From: the human T2T-CHM13v2.0 reference genome, Homo sapiens
Strand: one strand, 5' to 3'
NCBI RefSeq assembly: GCF_009914755.1
Contig: NC_060928.1
DNA: 64,000 bases
The position numbers and the translations under genes were made by a program. The first letter of the stretch is position 1; every line of letters begins with the position of its first letter. Below the pieces are notes generated by a model. The model ran no database searches and had not been told where the DNA came from. It worked only from the letters and a program-made list of their open reading frames with translations. This document shows positions 48,751-61,850 of this stretch, in pieces.

Positions 48751-49029
48751 AACCACTTGGAAGAGCTAAGAATTTGTGATGAGAACCAAGACAAAACTAT
48801 TAGGAATCTACATAAACATGAAGGCGTTAGTGATGTCCTGGAAGTCAGTTGATTTGAATGAGCCACTGTGTGTTAAGATAGTGGAAAGAACTATTATTTT
48901 CTGAGTGCCCACTATATACCTGGCACTGTACTAGGTGTGTTATGCGAATCATCTCTTTTTCTTGCCATTAATAACAACCATGTACTTCCAGTGCCTTCAC
49001 CACCTGGAATCCCAAGGTTCCTGAATCAG

Positions 49030-49480
49030 ATAGGATAAATTTTGGTTTTGAAGGACAGAGTCTCAAGATAGTAGGAATTAAAACACAATGGAACTTATCT
49101 TTCTCACACATAAAAATATGGAAGTAGGCAGACTAACGTAATGGGAGCAGTGGCTCTGCTCCATGAAATCTTGGGGCATTCCAGCCCACGTTTCCATCAT
49201 TGATAGCCCACAGTGTCATGATGCAGAACACGTCTAGAGCTCCATCTTTCAAGAAGCACAATGGAGGGAAGATTAAGACGAAAGGAGCAAAGGACAGGTG
49301 CCAGCTGTCTTTTAGGAGGCTCAACAGGAAATTACCAAACACTTCTACTTACCTGTCACAACTTTTCCATGGACTGAGAGATTTCTTTACTCTGGTAGTA
49401 ATAAAGCCCAGATAAAATTCAGGGGCTTTATTACTATGGAAGAATAGATATATGGGGGTAAATAGTAGTCTTTATGACAG
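49030..49480 (-). mobile_element. Old MLT1 (J/K-like) LTR
   Basis: TTTCTCACACATAAAAA...GGAAGTAGGCAG...CAGTGGCTCTGCTCCATG. Confidence 0.6.
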
Positions 49481-50124
49481 TATCATATGGAATTACCAGA
49501 AGCATTCTAAAGTACAGGACCTCTGAAAAAATTATTAGCCTTTTGATTCCTCCAGGCATTGTGAAATCTGTTAGTTTCTCAAGCTCAAGTCCTTGGACTA
49601 ATTTTGACCAAGTTTTATATAGTTTATATTCTTAGTCGAAGTACACAATTCTATTTCATTTCTACCCTAACAGCTCACATTATCATGAATGAGAAGAAAT
49701 GTGCACCTGTATTTTAAAATTTTTTGCCCAATTTAGCAGTCTTGGTTCTCAGATGTCCCATCTAGTAATAATATCTTCTTATTGGCTTTTGCTATTTTGT
49801 GGGCTAGAGAAACCACTTGGAAGGACCATAAAAGTTCCCAGTTTTATGTTGGTACTAAATATATTCTTTGCATCCATTAATGTCCTCACCAAATTTTTTA
49901 TCATCAATACAATGTACAAAATTATGTATGGTGTGATTATCTGTGATGTTCTCAAATCCCACAAATAATTATTAGTAAACAAGGACTAGAGCCCAGGTTG
50001 GAGAATTGTAATTATTTATTACTAATATTCTTAGACAAAAGGGAATGCCATTTTTCACTACTCACACATAAAAAAATGCAGTATATAAGTAAATGTTTAA
50101 GCGCTGTCCAAAAACCACTATGAG

Positions 50125-50779
50125 TTTTGGGGCTCAGAAAATTATACCCCAAAGTGAAGGCCTCAGAAGTAGACTCAGAAGCAAAGTTTCTCTGAACTTC
50201 TGCCCGCCTGTCTCTCGCACCTCATTCTTCCCCCCAATGCAAGTCATAGAAACTTGAATTCTTCCTTTCCAAGGTGGGTCATAGAAACCGAACCCCTTTT
50301 CCCCAAAGCCAGCCATGAAACCTGAAAACATTACCCTAACCTTCCCCCTCCTTTCTGTGTAAAAGATGGCCATAAAGAAATTCTCTGACCTGACTTGTTT
50401 GACTGTAGGTCGTAAGACCCCCTGAGTCCAGAAAACACTTCATATCCCGGAGGAAGGAATGCTGTACTGAGAGGCCAAGAAGCATCTGAACAGACAGACC
50501 ATGCTGAGTTTCCCCAATTAGTCTATTCCCATCAGGTCATACCCTTTTGTCCAACCATATTTCTACACGGTTTTTCATTCTTCATCAAATCTAAGCATAA
50601 AAATAGACAGTTGTCACTGTATCTTTGAGTCTCCATTTTTAAGGCTCCCATGACACATAAAACTATAATTAAATAAATTTGTTATGCTTTTCTCTTGTTA
50701 ATTTGTCTTTTGTTATAGGAGTGTCAGCTGTGACCCTTATGATAGGGAGGAAAGGGATCACCTCCTTTGTGCCCCTACA
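50125..50779 (+). mobile_element. MER39-type solo LTR
   Basis: Starts TTGGGGCTCAGAAAATTATACCCCAAA.TGAAGGCCTCAGAAG; AATAAA 50672; ends CCCCTACA. Confidence 0.85.
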
Positions 50780-53144
50780 AGAGAAAAACACAGGTCAAAG
50801 TAGGCTGAGAGCATATTTCTGACTCTTAAGCTCAGACTTATGGTTACCACCAATTCTATTTGTTCCCATTTTTAAACCCATCTCAAAAATATTTTATCCT
50901 CACTGAGCCTCAGAAAGATTAAATATCATGTCCACACTTACATACCTAATAAATACCAGGATTGGGATTGTAAATTCATGTCTTCTTAACGTCAAAACAC
51001 ATCTTCATATTGTTTCCAACACAAGGAGACTTGAATGCAATTACTTTTTTTTTCTGTTTTCTTTGGTATATATAATTTAAGAGCATTGTCATTGATCTTA
51101 GGTGTATTTTTTCTTATAAAGTATTTGTTAAATTTCATTTTATTGACATTTGAATAAATTGATGCCAAAGTATTGCATTCAACATTTGCTTTAAAAAGTA
51201 TATTGTTTGTTGTTGTTTGGTCATTTTTAAATGTAATTGCAACATATTAAAATGGGGATTATCTAGATAATTAACTGGAATCTCTGTAATGTGACATACG
51301 TGTGTCCCCACATATAGCTATCCTCAATTCCAAAGAAGAGAGGGAATTAAGGACACTGAATTATTCTGCCAGCTGACTCCGCATCCCTTGGTGACTGATA
51401 ATTTTCTATACGGTTGCACTTGGCAGTGCTAGCAAGTAAGGATTAATACATTTTAATCCTCCCTGATTTGGTCCTTTTTTTTTTTTTTTGTAGCTTAACT
51501 ATTTTCCAGTCTTCAAGACTTTCTATTGTCTATGGTTAATTTAAACAAATCATATTTTCACAGATCCTATGGATCTTTCTAGAGATTTTTTTAAGTGTCT
51601 CACTGTAGTTTATTTTCAAATATATTTTAACATGGTGACAGTTCTTTCACTTGTCTTTCCCTTTCATTGCATTTGCTTCCAGGCTAATCTCCTGAAGTAC
51701 AATTTGATCATGTTTTCCGATATAACGTTGAAAGAGCTGTAAGTCATATCAGACCTTTTAGTAATCTATACAGTTCCAGAATCATTAAGGCAAGTGAGTT
51801 AGAAAAAAACATTTTCAATGGGATATTTATGTTTCATGACTTTAGAGAGAATTTTAAAACAAGAAAATTTCACTTTTTATCAAACCCTCTCAATATTGTT
51901 TTTTATCTCATAGATAACTTTTCACTTATTTTAATTCAATTTTTAAATTTTATTATTTTCATAGGAATTTTAGGAGTACTGTAGAACACACTGAAGTTCC
52001 TGACTTCTTTTTACAGGTGTAATTACTGAGATTTAGGTTCTATGGTTGGCCCAAGTTTCATAAATAATAAATGGAAAATAAGGACCTAAAGCCTATAGAG
52101 TCCAATTTCTATGTACAGAATCTCTCTGTAATCTTTGTCCTCTTTGTACACATTAAGGGATCAGGAGATGCTAAGATTGCTAAATACACAGTAGTTTTCT
52201 AATATAAATAATGATTAGATATACATAGAAATATTTTTAAGCAATTCAGATCCTGCCCAATCTCTCTACTCCCTGTTGCTACCATCTAAGATATATCTAC
52301 TGCCTTTGAATCTGTCAGAGTGAGACTCAGCAATTCATAACTAGGGCACTCTGAGACAGCTGGAACTTCCCTAGAGAACCAGCTCGATCCACTGAACCAT
52401 TGGCAAGATGAATTTTCCTACAGCATCATACGTTAGTGTTATTCGTGTTCCCAACCCCACATCCCTAGGCCAGGGGTCATATTTCTAAATGCCCCTGTTT
52501 ATCTAATAATGTATTATAAACTTGAAATTTGCTAAGTATAGATCTTAAGTGTTCTCACCACACATACACACACAAAAGTGTAAATATGTGTGATATGCTG
52601 TATTAGCCTGTTTTTACGCTGCTGATAAAGACATACCTGAGATGGCAATTTGCAAAAGAAAGAGGTTTAATGGACTCACAGTTCCACGTGGCTAAGGAGG
52701 CCTCACAATAATGGCAGAAGGTGAAAGGCACTTCTCACATGGTGGCAGACAAGAGAAGAGAGCTTGTGCAAGGGAACCCCTCTTTATAAAACCATCAGAT
52801 CTCATGAGGCTTATTCACTATTACAAGAACAGCACAGGAAAGACCTGCCCCCATGATTCAATTACCTCCCACTGGGTCCCTCCCATGACATGTGGGAATT
52901 GTGGAAGCCACAATTCAAGGTGACATTTGGGTGGGGACAGAGCCAAGCCATATCATTCCACCCTGCCCCCTCCCAAATTTCATGTCCTTACATTTCAAAA
53001 TTAATCATGCCTTCCCACACTCCCCTAAAGTCTTAACTCATTTCAACACTAACTCAAAAACCCAGAATCCAAAGTCTCATTTGAGACAAGGCAACTCCCT
53101 TCCACCTATGAGCCTGTAAAATCAAAAGAAAGCTAATTACTTCC

Positions 53145-53505
53145 TAGATATATAATATCTATATATCTATATAGATACATAATATCTATATATCTGTATA
53201 GATACATAATATCTATATATCTGTATAGATACATAATATCTATATATCTGTATAGATACATAATATCTATATATCTGTATAGATACATAATATCTATATA
53301 TCTGTATAGATACATAATATCTATATATCTGTATAGATACATAATATCTATATATCTGTATAGATACATAATATCTATATATCTGTATAGATACATAATA
53401 TCTATATATCTATAGATACATAATATCTATATATCTATAGATACATAATATCTATATATCTGTATAGATACATAATATCTATATATCTGTATAGATACAT
53501 AATAT
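53145..53505. repeat. 27-bp AT-rich minisatellite, 13 full copies plus a partial
   Basis: Unit TAGATACATAATATCTATATATCTGTA; copies 10 and 11 are 25-bp variants. Confidence 0.97.
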
Positions 53506-53621
53506 ATAATTTATAAATTATATATTATATTTAATTAAATTATAATTTAATTATAATTTAATTAAATATAATATATAATTTATAAATTATATATTATAAA
53601 TTATCACCTGATAATTTATAA
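53499..53621. repeat. Pure-AT 99-bp palindrome plus adjacent 13-bp hairpin
   Basis: Arms 53499-53547 and 53549-53597 are exact reverse complements; TTATAAATTATCA-CC-TGATAATTTATAA at 53594-53621. Confidence 0.92.
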
Positions 53622-54962
53622 AGCCATCAGATCTCATGAGACTTTTTCACTATTACAACAACAGCATGGGAAAGACCTGCCCCCACGATTCAATTACCTC
53701 CCACTGGGTCCCTCCCATAACACGTCAGAATTGTGGGAGTTACAATTCAAGGTGACATTTGGGTGGGGATACAGCCAAACCATATCACATGTTAATTAGC
53801 TTGATTCTTATAATTATTTCACTATACATATACATAGTGAATATATATATATATATATGTATACACACACACACACAAACACACACAATTTTATCTGAAT
53901 CATACCTCAATAAAGCTGGAAAATAGATCCCAACCAAGGGCCAGGTATAGAAGCATGTGCTTATAACAATAAAGTTTCTAAAAGAAATAGCCCCGCTTAG
54001 GTAAATGTTACCAATTTCTCTAATACCCCAAAAATTCAGATTTTTGTGTTAAAAATCCTGATTTTTAATATTGGTAAAACTTTTAATAACATAGATAAGC
54101 AATTATATGTCTTTATGGATATAGGGTCCCATGGGCTATAGCTTACAATATGTGGTCTCAATCTCAGATATTCTATAGTCTTCAGAGTCTCTCATGTTTA
54201 GACCTGAATCATGTCTCCAGTTTCTCTAAAATTGAGTTAGTTTAAGATGTGATCCCAAAGCTCACCCTAGGTTGCCAGGTACCAGGTTCCAATAGGTGAA
54301 TGTAGAGTTCTACGGATGAGGGAGCTGTTTGATTTATGCATACTCATGTCAGTATTTTGATTATGCCAAATCTGAATTCAGTAGTTTGGTATACATTCGC
54401 AAGAAAAAATGAAACTCATATGAAAGATTTGTCAATTATAAAGCCTCAAAAGTGGGGCATAATTAATCCATGTTAGTGCTTTTGGATTTGTTTCATTCTG
54501 GAATAAGGTATAACACATGTTGTCTTGGAGATTTTTCTTTTCCTTTCAAACATAAAAGTAAAGTTGGTATTGGTTTAGTAATAGCACAGACACTTAAAAA
54601 GTTAGGCTTTTATTATTCTTTTTGTGAGTTTAAAATAGGAAATTCTCAGTCCAAAAAAATGGGCATCATCTCTTCTGCCAAGTACAAACTGTTTGGTAGA
54701 TTGATATATGATAGCTCAATACAGAGAAGCAAACCAGTCTCTTCCCTAAATCTGTGTGATCAGAGGTTGAACCTAAATCACCACCTCTGTTATTTGCCAG
54801 ATATCAGCACAATGGCACAATGGACATTTCACACATACCATGAACCCAAGCTCATTGCAATTATTTACTATCAAATGACCATTACATATGTTTCCAAAGA
54901 TCCGTTCCCAAAATATGTTTTTCATAAACTAGTCTCCAATTATATACATGTTACTTTCTAGT

Positions 54963-55437
54963 TATTTTTTCCATTTTTTATTTTTTATTTTTGTGTGTAC
55001 ATAGTAGGTTTATACATTTTTGAGGCACATGTGATGTTCTGATACAGGCACGCAATGTGAAATAATCGCATTATGGAGACTGTGGTATTCATCCCCTCAT
55101 GCATTTACCCTTTGTGCTACAAACAATTAAATTACACTCTTTTTGTTATTTTTAAATGTACAATTAAGTTACTATTGATTATAGTCAGTGTGTTGTGCTA
55201 TCAAACAGTATGTCTTATTCGTTCTTTCTAATTTTTTGTACCACTAACAAACTCCACTTCCCTCTCAATCTCCCACTACTTTTTCCAGCCTCTGGTAATG
55301 ATCCTTCTGCTCCCTGTGTCTATGAGTTCAATTGTTTTGATTTTTAGATCCCACAAATAAGTGAGAACATGCAACGTTTGTCTTTCTGTGCCTGGATTAT
55401 TTCATTTAACATAATGATCTTCAGTTCCATCCATGTG
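54963..55437 (-). mobile_element. L1MA1-3 3' end
   Basis: Reverse L1MA 3'UTR; TSD TCTAGTTA(T/C)TTT. Confidence 0.9.
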
Positions 55438-56148
55438 TCTAGTTACTTTAATAAACACAAACACCAACACAAAGAAGCAAATGGAAAACATCAGTACAAA
55501 TAATCTTCCCTGGCCTTCATAATACACTCAAACACTGATGAAAGCCAGATAGCTTTTTTCCATATAATTCAAAATAAGAAGTAAAAGACATTTTTAAATG
55601 AAACTAAATATATGCATTTTTTTTTCAAAATTTTACTTGTCAGTCTCTTCTCAATAACTAGAATGTAAATTTCCTAAATGTTTTTCTTTATGATAGCATC
55701 CTCTAAAATATTTTGCCTATCGCAGAAGTTCAACAAAGATTTGTGAATTGATCAGTCATTAGGTCTAACAGGATAAATAACTCTGACTTAAAGCCAATTT
55801 AAGCCCTAAGGCAATATGGTTTTTGGTTCATTACAAAAGCTTTTTCAAAAAATGCATGCAAACTCTTTCTAAAAAATTTTCTAATTTGACATATCCAGAG
55901 GGGCACCATCCTTTTGCCATGGATTTTATGCCAATGTGTCTTCCTGAAGTGGACAATGATTTATACTTCACATATCTACAAGTTTTCAAATAGCTATAGA
56001 TTCTCAAGACAAGGTCTGAAAGAAGAATATAATCAGTTTAAAAATGTTCAAAATTTAGAAGATAAAATAAAAGCTCCAGAGGATAAAGAGATCAAAAGTA
56101 AGAAGGGTAAATTGCTTATAGTCGAACAATTAAAGAAAGGGGCTGTTA

Positions 56149-56538
<390 letters not shown>

Positions 56539-57597
56539 TTAAGTAAGGTTTCCACATATGTGGTAAGCTCACTCAGGATGGTGGCAGCATTGAACTTAGA
56601 GATGATAATTGTGAACCATGTGCACCTTCCATAAATGAAGGGAAAATACCAATAACTTGATAGATGGCATCTAATGAAGGCACAGAAGCATGAAAGAGAT
56701 GTTGAGTACGCTGCAGACTCCAGTCTCTTGGCTAAATGATGTCTTCTAAGCAGTGATGTTAAGGCTGGAAGATCTAAAGAGTGTTCAAAGAATAGATTGA
56801 TAACATAAATGAGTTAACTTCAGAGAGTGCAAGAATTAGAAGGTGGAGAGAGAGAAACTAGAGATGGGGGCAGGGATTATATGCAGTAAAGAGGAAGAAG
56901 TGAGGGGGTCGATGAAGAGCAAGATGGAACACCTAAAGCCTCAGACAAGTGAAGTGAATTATTTTATACCATGAAGGTAATTCAGAACAGAATCCATACA
57001 AAAATGCACATTTTCTGCTTTCTTAGGCCCAACTGTTTTTGGCCAAATATATAGCAAAGTTGGTGGTGGAAAAGCGATAGTCTCAGAAAATTAAGCTAAT
57101 AATTGCTTTGTTATGGTGGTTGATTTTTAATGTGAGATTAAAGTAAAATCCAAAATATACTTAAGTATTAAGATTATGTAACTAGAAATATTTCCTTCTC
57201 TCTTATAATCTAAACTCTTAAACAATTTCAGCATCTGACTACAGCCTGAATAAATGCCAATGGAACATAAACAAATTAACAAAGAGTAACTGGGAAATGT
57301 CAACATTCCCAGATGCTGATGGTCAGACTAATGACGCCAATTAAGAAAATTGATCTTGAAAATAAAACAGATGTCCTAATACAGAGTGGAAGCACAATTC
57401 ATGAAGATTTGGAGCGCCAGGAGTAGAGGAAGGGAATGGTACAGTTAAGTAAGTGTTTGGTGAGTCCATCCAGCCTCACATAATTCAGTGTAGATAAAGT
57501 GCGATGTGCTAAGAATTAGAATGGAAATGTACAGAAAATGTTAACAGGACAGAGGAGAAGGAGCTCCCAACTCTGCACTGAGGAGACAGAAGAAGAG

Positions 57598-57965
57598 TTG
57601 ATTCAACAGATATTTATTGCACACCTATTATAACCAGGTACCATGCTGGGCACTAGTGAACAGTGAGCAATAGATTCAAAACTTCCTGCCTTTGTGAGCT
57701 GACATTCTATAAGGGAGATACAGAGAAAATATATAATATGTCACATGGTAACAAGTAATATGCAGAATAAAAAATTAGAGTAAGGAAATAAGAATATGCA
57801 TTAAACAGGGTGGTTAGGAAATGTCCTCTGCTAAGGTGACACTTAAGCAGAATCTGACATTTGAGGTGACATATGACTTGGTTCTAAAAGCGTGTATTAA
57901 GAGACTGCCAGAAAGACAAGAGGGGAATTTCCAGACAGAGAAAGTAAAAAATGGAAAAACCCAGG
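57598..57965 (-). mobile_element. L2 3' end
   Basis: ATTCAACAGATATTTATTGCACACCTA...GTGAGCTGACATTCTA. Confidence 0.8.
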
Positions 57966-57999
57966 GACTCAAAAAAAAAAATTGGGGGAAATAAGTTGT

Positions 58000-58525
58000 T
58001 TTTGACCCCCTACCATCTATTCCTCCTTCTAATGGTGGTATTAGATGAGTAGACAAACCCTACTTCCTTCCTCTTAGAGTCCCAGCTAGCTCTGAGAATG
58101 AAATTAATATAGCATAGATTAACAGGAGGAAAGCGTACTCTACAAGTTTTACATGGCATGAGAGCCCTCATAGAGAAATGAAGACTCGAAGGAGCAGTTG
58201 GAGTCAGTTACTTACATACTGAATTGGACAAAGAGCAGTAAACTTGAAAATGTGACTACATTATATTGGGAGGCTTAAAAGATAAGAGTTATTCTAATGA
58301 AAATTGTACAGAATTCTTTCAGTCTCAACTTCTTGTTCTTGAAGATAAGGATGTCACCTTTCTTTCTAGTAAAGAGAGTCTTTCATGGGAATTTCACCCT
58401 TTTAAGAAAAAGCCCAAAGGTCAAAGTGATCTTGCACTTGCTGTCTTTCAAGTGTCTTCAACTTAAATCGTCAATATGCGCCAAAATAGCATATTTTAGC
58501 CACCTCGGTACCATGAAATTCCTTT
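58000..58525 (-). mobile_element. MER34-family LTR
   Basis: TTCAAGTGTCTTCAACTTAAA...CAATATG..CCAAAATAGCATATTTT matches the reverse complement of the recalled MER34 5' end. Confidence 0.65.
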
Positions 58526-58818
58526 AGAAAACTGTCTCCTTCTTCTCAGTCCATGTGTTTTAGAAGAGTAAAACACGTACCTAGGCCTGACTAATTAAAG
58601 CATCAAATTCCTGTACAATGATGAGTAACTCAACATTGTTCAAACATGGTAAATCCCTGGGCTTGTATGAAGGTTGTCAGAAATCTCTACTGGGATCGCC
58701 AGTGGTTTCCATGATATAAGTCTGGAGCTTCTGGAAGCTGTCATCCTAGAACCAGGGTATGAAAATAAGACACCACAACATAGAGCTAAAATACAAAAAG
58801 AAGTAAGTCTGATCTTCA

Positions 58819-59134
58819 CTTTTGTTTTTTTTTTATTTATTTATTTCTGAGACAGGGTCTCCCTCCTCTGTTGTCCAGGCTGGAGTGCTGTAGTGCATTC
58901 TCAACTCACTGCAAACTCCACCTCCCCATTCAAATAATTCTCCTGCCTCAGCCTCTGGACTAGCTGGGACTACAGGCACGCCACTATGTCCAGCTAATGT
59001 TTGTATTTTTAGTAGAGACAGGGTTTTACCATGTTGCCCAGCCTGGTCTCGAACTCTTGGCTTCAAGTGATCCAGTCAGTCACCTTGGCTTCCCAAAGTG
59101 CTGGGATTACCAGCGTGAGCCACTGCACCCGGCC
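58819..59134 (-). mobile_element. AluJ/S
   Basis: Reverse Alu; TSD TGATCTT(C/T)A(C/T)TTT. Confidence 0.92.
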
Positions 59135-59292
59135 TGATCTTTATTTTCGAAATCCTAGATAAAACCATGTTTGCAGGTAAACTTGGCCAGTATTTTTTAA
59201 ATCTGTGGGCCTATAAACTCCTCTCTTTAACATTAGACTGGATATCCTATTATTTGGCAATCAGAGTCTTGATAGAATGAATATATTGTGTT

Positions 59293-59642
59293 GGTCTTAG
59301 TCAGTTTGGGTTTCTACAACAAATTATTGTAGATGGTGGCGGGAGGGGGGTGCTCAAATAATTAACATTTATTGTTTAGTCAGATGCTTGGTGAGGGCCG
59401 TCTTCCTGGTCGTGTCTTCATGTGGCCTTTCCTTGGCGCATGCACAGAGAGAGAACGACAGAGAGAGATGCTGTGTCTCCTCCTCCCATTATTGCAAGGG
59501 CACTTGCAATATGGGAGTCCTTGCATAAGGACTCCTTCTTCATAACTTAATTGAGTCCCAAAGGCCCTATCTCCAAATATCATCACATTGGGGATTAGAG
59601 TTTCAACGTATTAATTTCGGGGAACACAGGCATTCTATAGCA
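59293..59642 (-). mobile_element. MLT1A-type LTR
   Basis: GTCTTAGTCAGTTTGGG...CAAATATCATCACATTGGGGATTAG...ATAGCA. Confidence 0.8.
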
Positions 59643-59963
59643 ACGTTCAAGAAAAGAAGTGTCAAATGTTATTTTAGAAATTTTGATGGCACTTGGTTGA
59701 GTATCCCACAAAGACCTCTAGGAAAACTTTATTCTTGCCATTTAAAGAAAGTGAGATTGTAGAAGCACTGAGAAAGTGGGGGAGGTAGTTTCAGAATATA
59801 GAGTAAAATGTTGTGAGGAGTTTAGAATGCCCACACACAGAACCTTGAGAAATCACCTTCTCTGGATTGCTTACTCATAAAAATGTGCACATGTGTTAAG
59901 CACAGTAGGTACTGTGGTGAGCAGCAATCTGTGGGTGCAAAAATAGATTTAACATTTATACAT

Positions 59964-60391
59964 TGTTAAAGAGAACCAGAGCCTAACAGTAGTTAAATCA
60001 GTAAAAACAGATTAGCGGGAAAGAGATCTCAGTATAGAACTGGGCTCAATTTTGAATACGAAAAGGAAAAATAGGGATTTATAGCCAAGGAGCAGGTTGG
60101 GGTATGGGTGGATGGAAAGTTACTAAAAGGTGACATCACAGGTAAGGGAAATTCTTGCTAAATTGACCTAACAGGATTCTTGCTAAATGTAGGCCAGGAT
60201 GATTGGATATCAAGGGTGAGAAATGAGGAATTTCATCAGATCTGAAAGGTTTGGGATTCCAGCTACCACTGGGCTATGGAGGCCCAGCAAGGATGGAGGC
60301 CCAGCAAGGATGGAGGCCAAGGTTGAGATCTAGTGAAGAAGAGGATTCAAGGGGTCTGACTAAAGTGTGGGCAAAGAAAGAATCTTTGTCA
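59964..60391 (-). mobile_element. MER31-type solo LTR
   Basis: Right end is the reverse complement of TGACAAAGATTCT...ACTTTAGTCAG; contains a 17-bp tandem duplication ATGGAGGCCCAGCAAGG. Confidence 0.75.
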
Positions 60392-60659
60392 GTGTGACCA
60401 CAAATTTTAATGTGTTTACAATCACTTCTTGGTAAGCTAGTATTGCCATGTTTAAATAACATGAGAGCTTAGGGGACATTGCTCACGGGAAAAATGACTG
60501 TGCACTTCAGAATCTTGAAACTTTGTTGTTTTGAACTCAACTAAACCCACACTTTTTCTTTTTCCTATGGATTTACTATTATCATCACCAAATACTAACC
60601 TATGTAAAATTATAAATATTTAATACATTGCACCATATGCTTTACATCTACAAGTCTAC

Positions 60660-60873
60660 TTAAATGGTTCTCAGGTATTGCTGTACTTAAAGTATGGTCA
60701 AAAAGCACCTCATCAGAATCACATAGGAGGCTTGTTAAAAGTCAGATTTCTGGACCTTATAAACAAACTGGATCAAAATTTCTGATAGTGGTGCTCCAGT
60801 ATAGGCACCACTCTAGAATATTTTAATAAAAATTCAAGTCTAGTCTTATGCACACTGAAGTTTGAGAACTATT
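60660..60873. mobile_element. MER5-type hAT-Charlie MITE
   Basis: CATCAGAATCAC...CTTGTTAAAA..CAGATT...GAAGTTTGAGAAC. Confidence 0.75.
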
Positions 60874-61126
60874 CAACTATGGAGCAGAGTAAATATTGGT
60901 TAGATTTAGACAAAACAATGAGACTGGTATTTATTGATACCCACTATGCTCTTTACATGCTTTATACACCTAGTCTCATTTAATTATCAAAACAGGACAG
61001 TGAGATAATATTTTCCCTATTTTACAGATGCTGAGATTAAATGAGAAATGGTTACATCATGCACTCAAATCCACACATCTGGGCACTGCCCAAGCTGATA
61101 GGGAATTCAGGTCTATCTGATGCTTA

Positions 61127-61850
61127 TGTAATAGTCCAATGGGTTCACCTTGCCCGCTGCCTAGACAGAGCCAATTTATCAAGTCAAGGGAATTGTAATG
61201 GAGAAAGAGTAATTCACACAGAGCCTGCTGCGCAGGAGACAGAGTTTTATTATTACTCAAATCAGTCTCCATAAGCATTCAGGGATCAGAGTTTTTAAAG
61301 ATAATTTGGCAGGTAGAGGCTTGGGAAGTGGGAAGTGCTGATTGGTCAGGTTGGAGATGGAATCATAGGGTGTCAAGTGAGGTTTTCTTGCTATCTTCTG
61401 TTCCCGGGTGCGATGGCAGAACTGGCTGAGCCAGATACGGGTCTGGGTGGCGTCAGCTGATTCATCCAGTGCAGGGTCTGCAAGCTATCTCAAGCACTGA
61501 TCTTAAATTTTACAATAGTGATGTTATCCCCAGGAGCAATTTTGGGAGGTTCAGACTCTTGGAGCCAGAGGCTGCATGACCCCTAAACCGTAATTTCTAA
61601 TCTTGTAGCTAATTTGTTAGTCTTCCAAAGGCCAACTGGTCCCCAGGCAAGAAACGGATATTTTCAGGAAAGGGCTACTATCAGTTTTGTATTAGAGTCA
61701 AACCATGAACTGAATTCCTTCCCAAAGCTAGTTTGGCCTACACCCAGGAATGAAAAAGGACAGCTTAAAGGTTAGAAGCAAGATGGAGTAGGTTAGGTCT
61801 TATCTCTTTCACTGTCATAATTTCCTGAGTTATAATTTTTGCAAAGGTGG
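61127..61850 (-). mobile_element. LTR8-family solo LTR
   Basis: TGTAA...GGGTTCACCTTGCCCGCTGCCTAGACAGAG to TTTCACTGTCATAATTTCCT...TTTTGCAAAGG, the reverse complement of the recalled LTR8 start. Confidence 0.88.

Larger units (their letters stand above)
52600..53787 (-). mobile_element. Internally deleted THE1B element (3' LTR 52600-52955, internal stub to ~53150, 5' LTR stub 53617-53787) inside an L1MA 3' end
   Basis: Two co-oriented THE1 LTR copies; TSD-like TATGC/CATGT; L1MA tail continuous across the element. Confidence 0.9.

Noticed and set aside
51439-51460. Inverted AGGATTAA...TTAATCCT (paired K50 homeodomain sites)
   Set aside because: An 8-bp inverted repeat in AT-rich DNA is too weak without conservation data.
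53133-53396. ORF with MYLYRYIDI repeats; array superficially CRISPR-like
   Set aside because: It is the translation of the 27-bp minisatellite. There are no unique spacers or cas genes, and the context is eukaryotic.
54470-54961. 163-aa ORF in apparently unique sequence
   Set aside because: No recognisable domain, composition typical of AT-rich noncoding DNA, no promoter or splice support.
55893-55908. CTCF-like CCAGAGGGGCACCA
   Set aside because: Spacing has an extra G and the upstream CCA(C/G) part of the core is missing.
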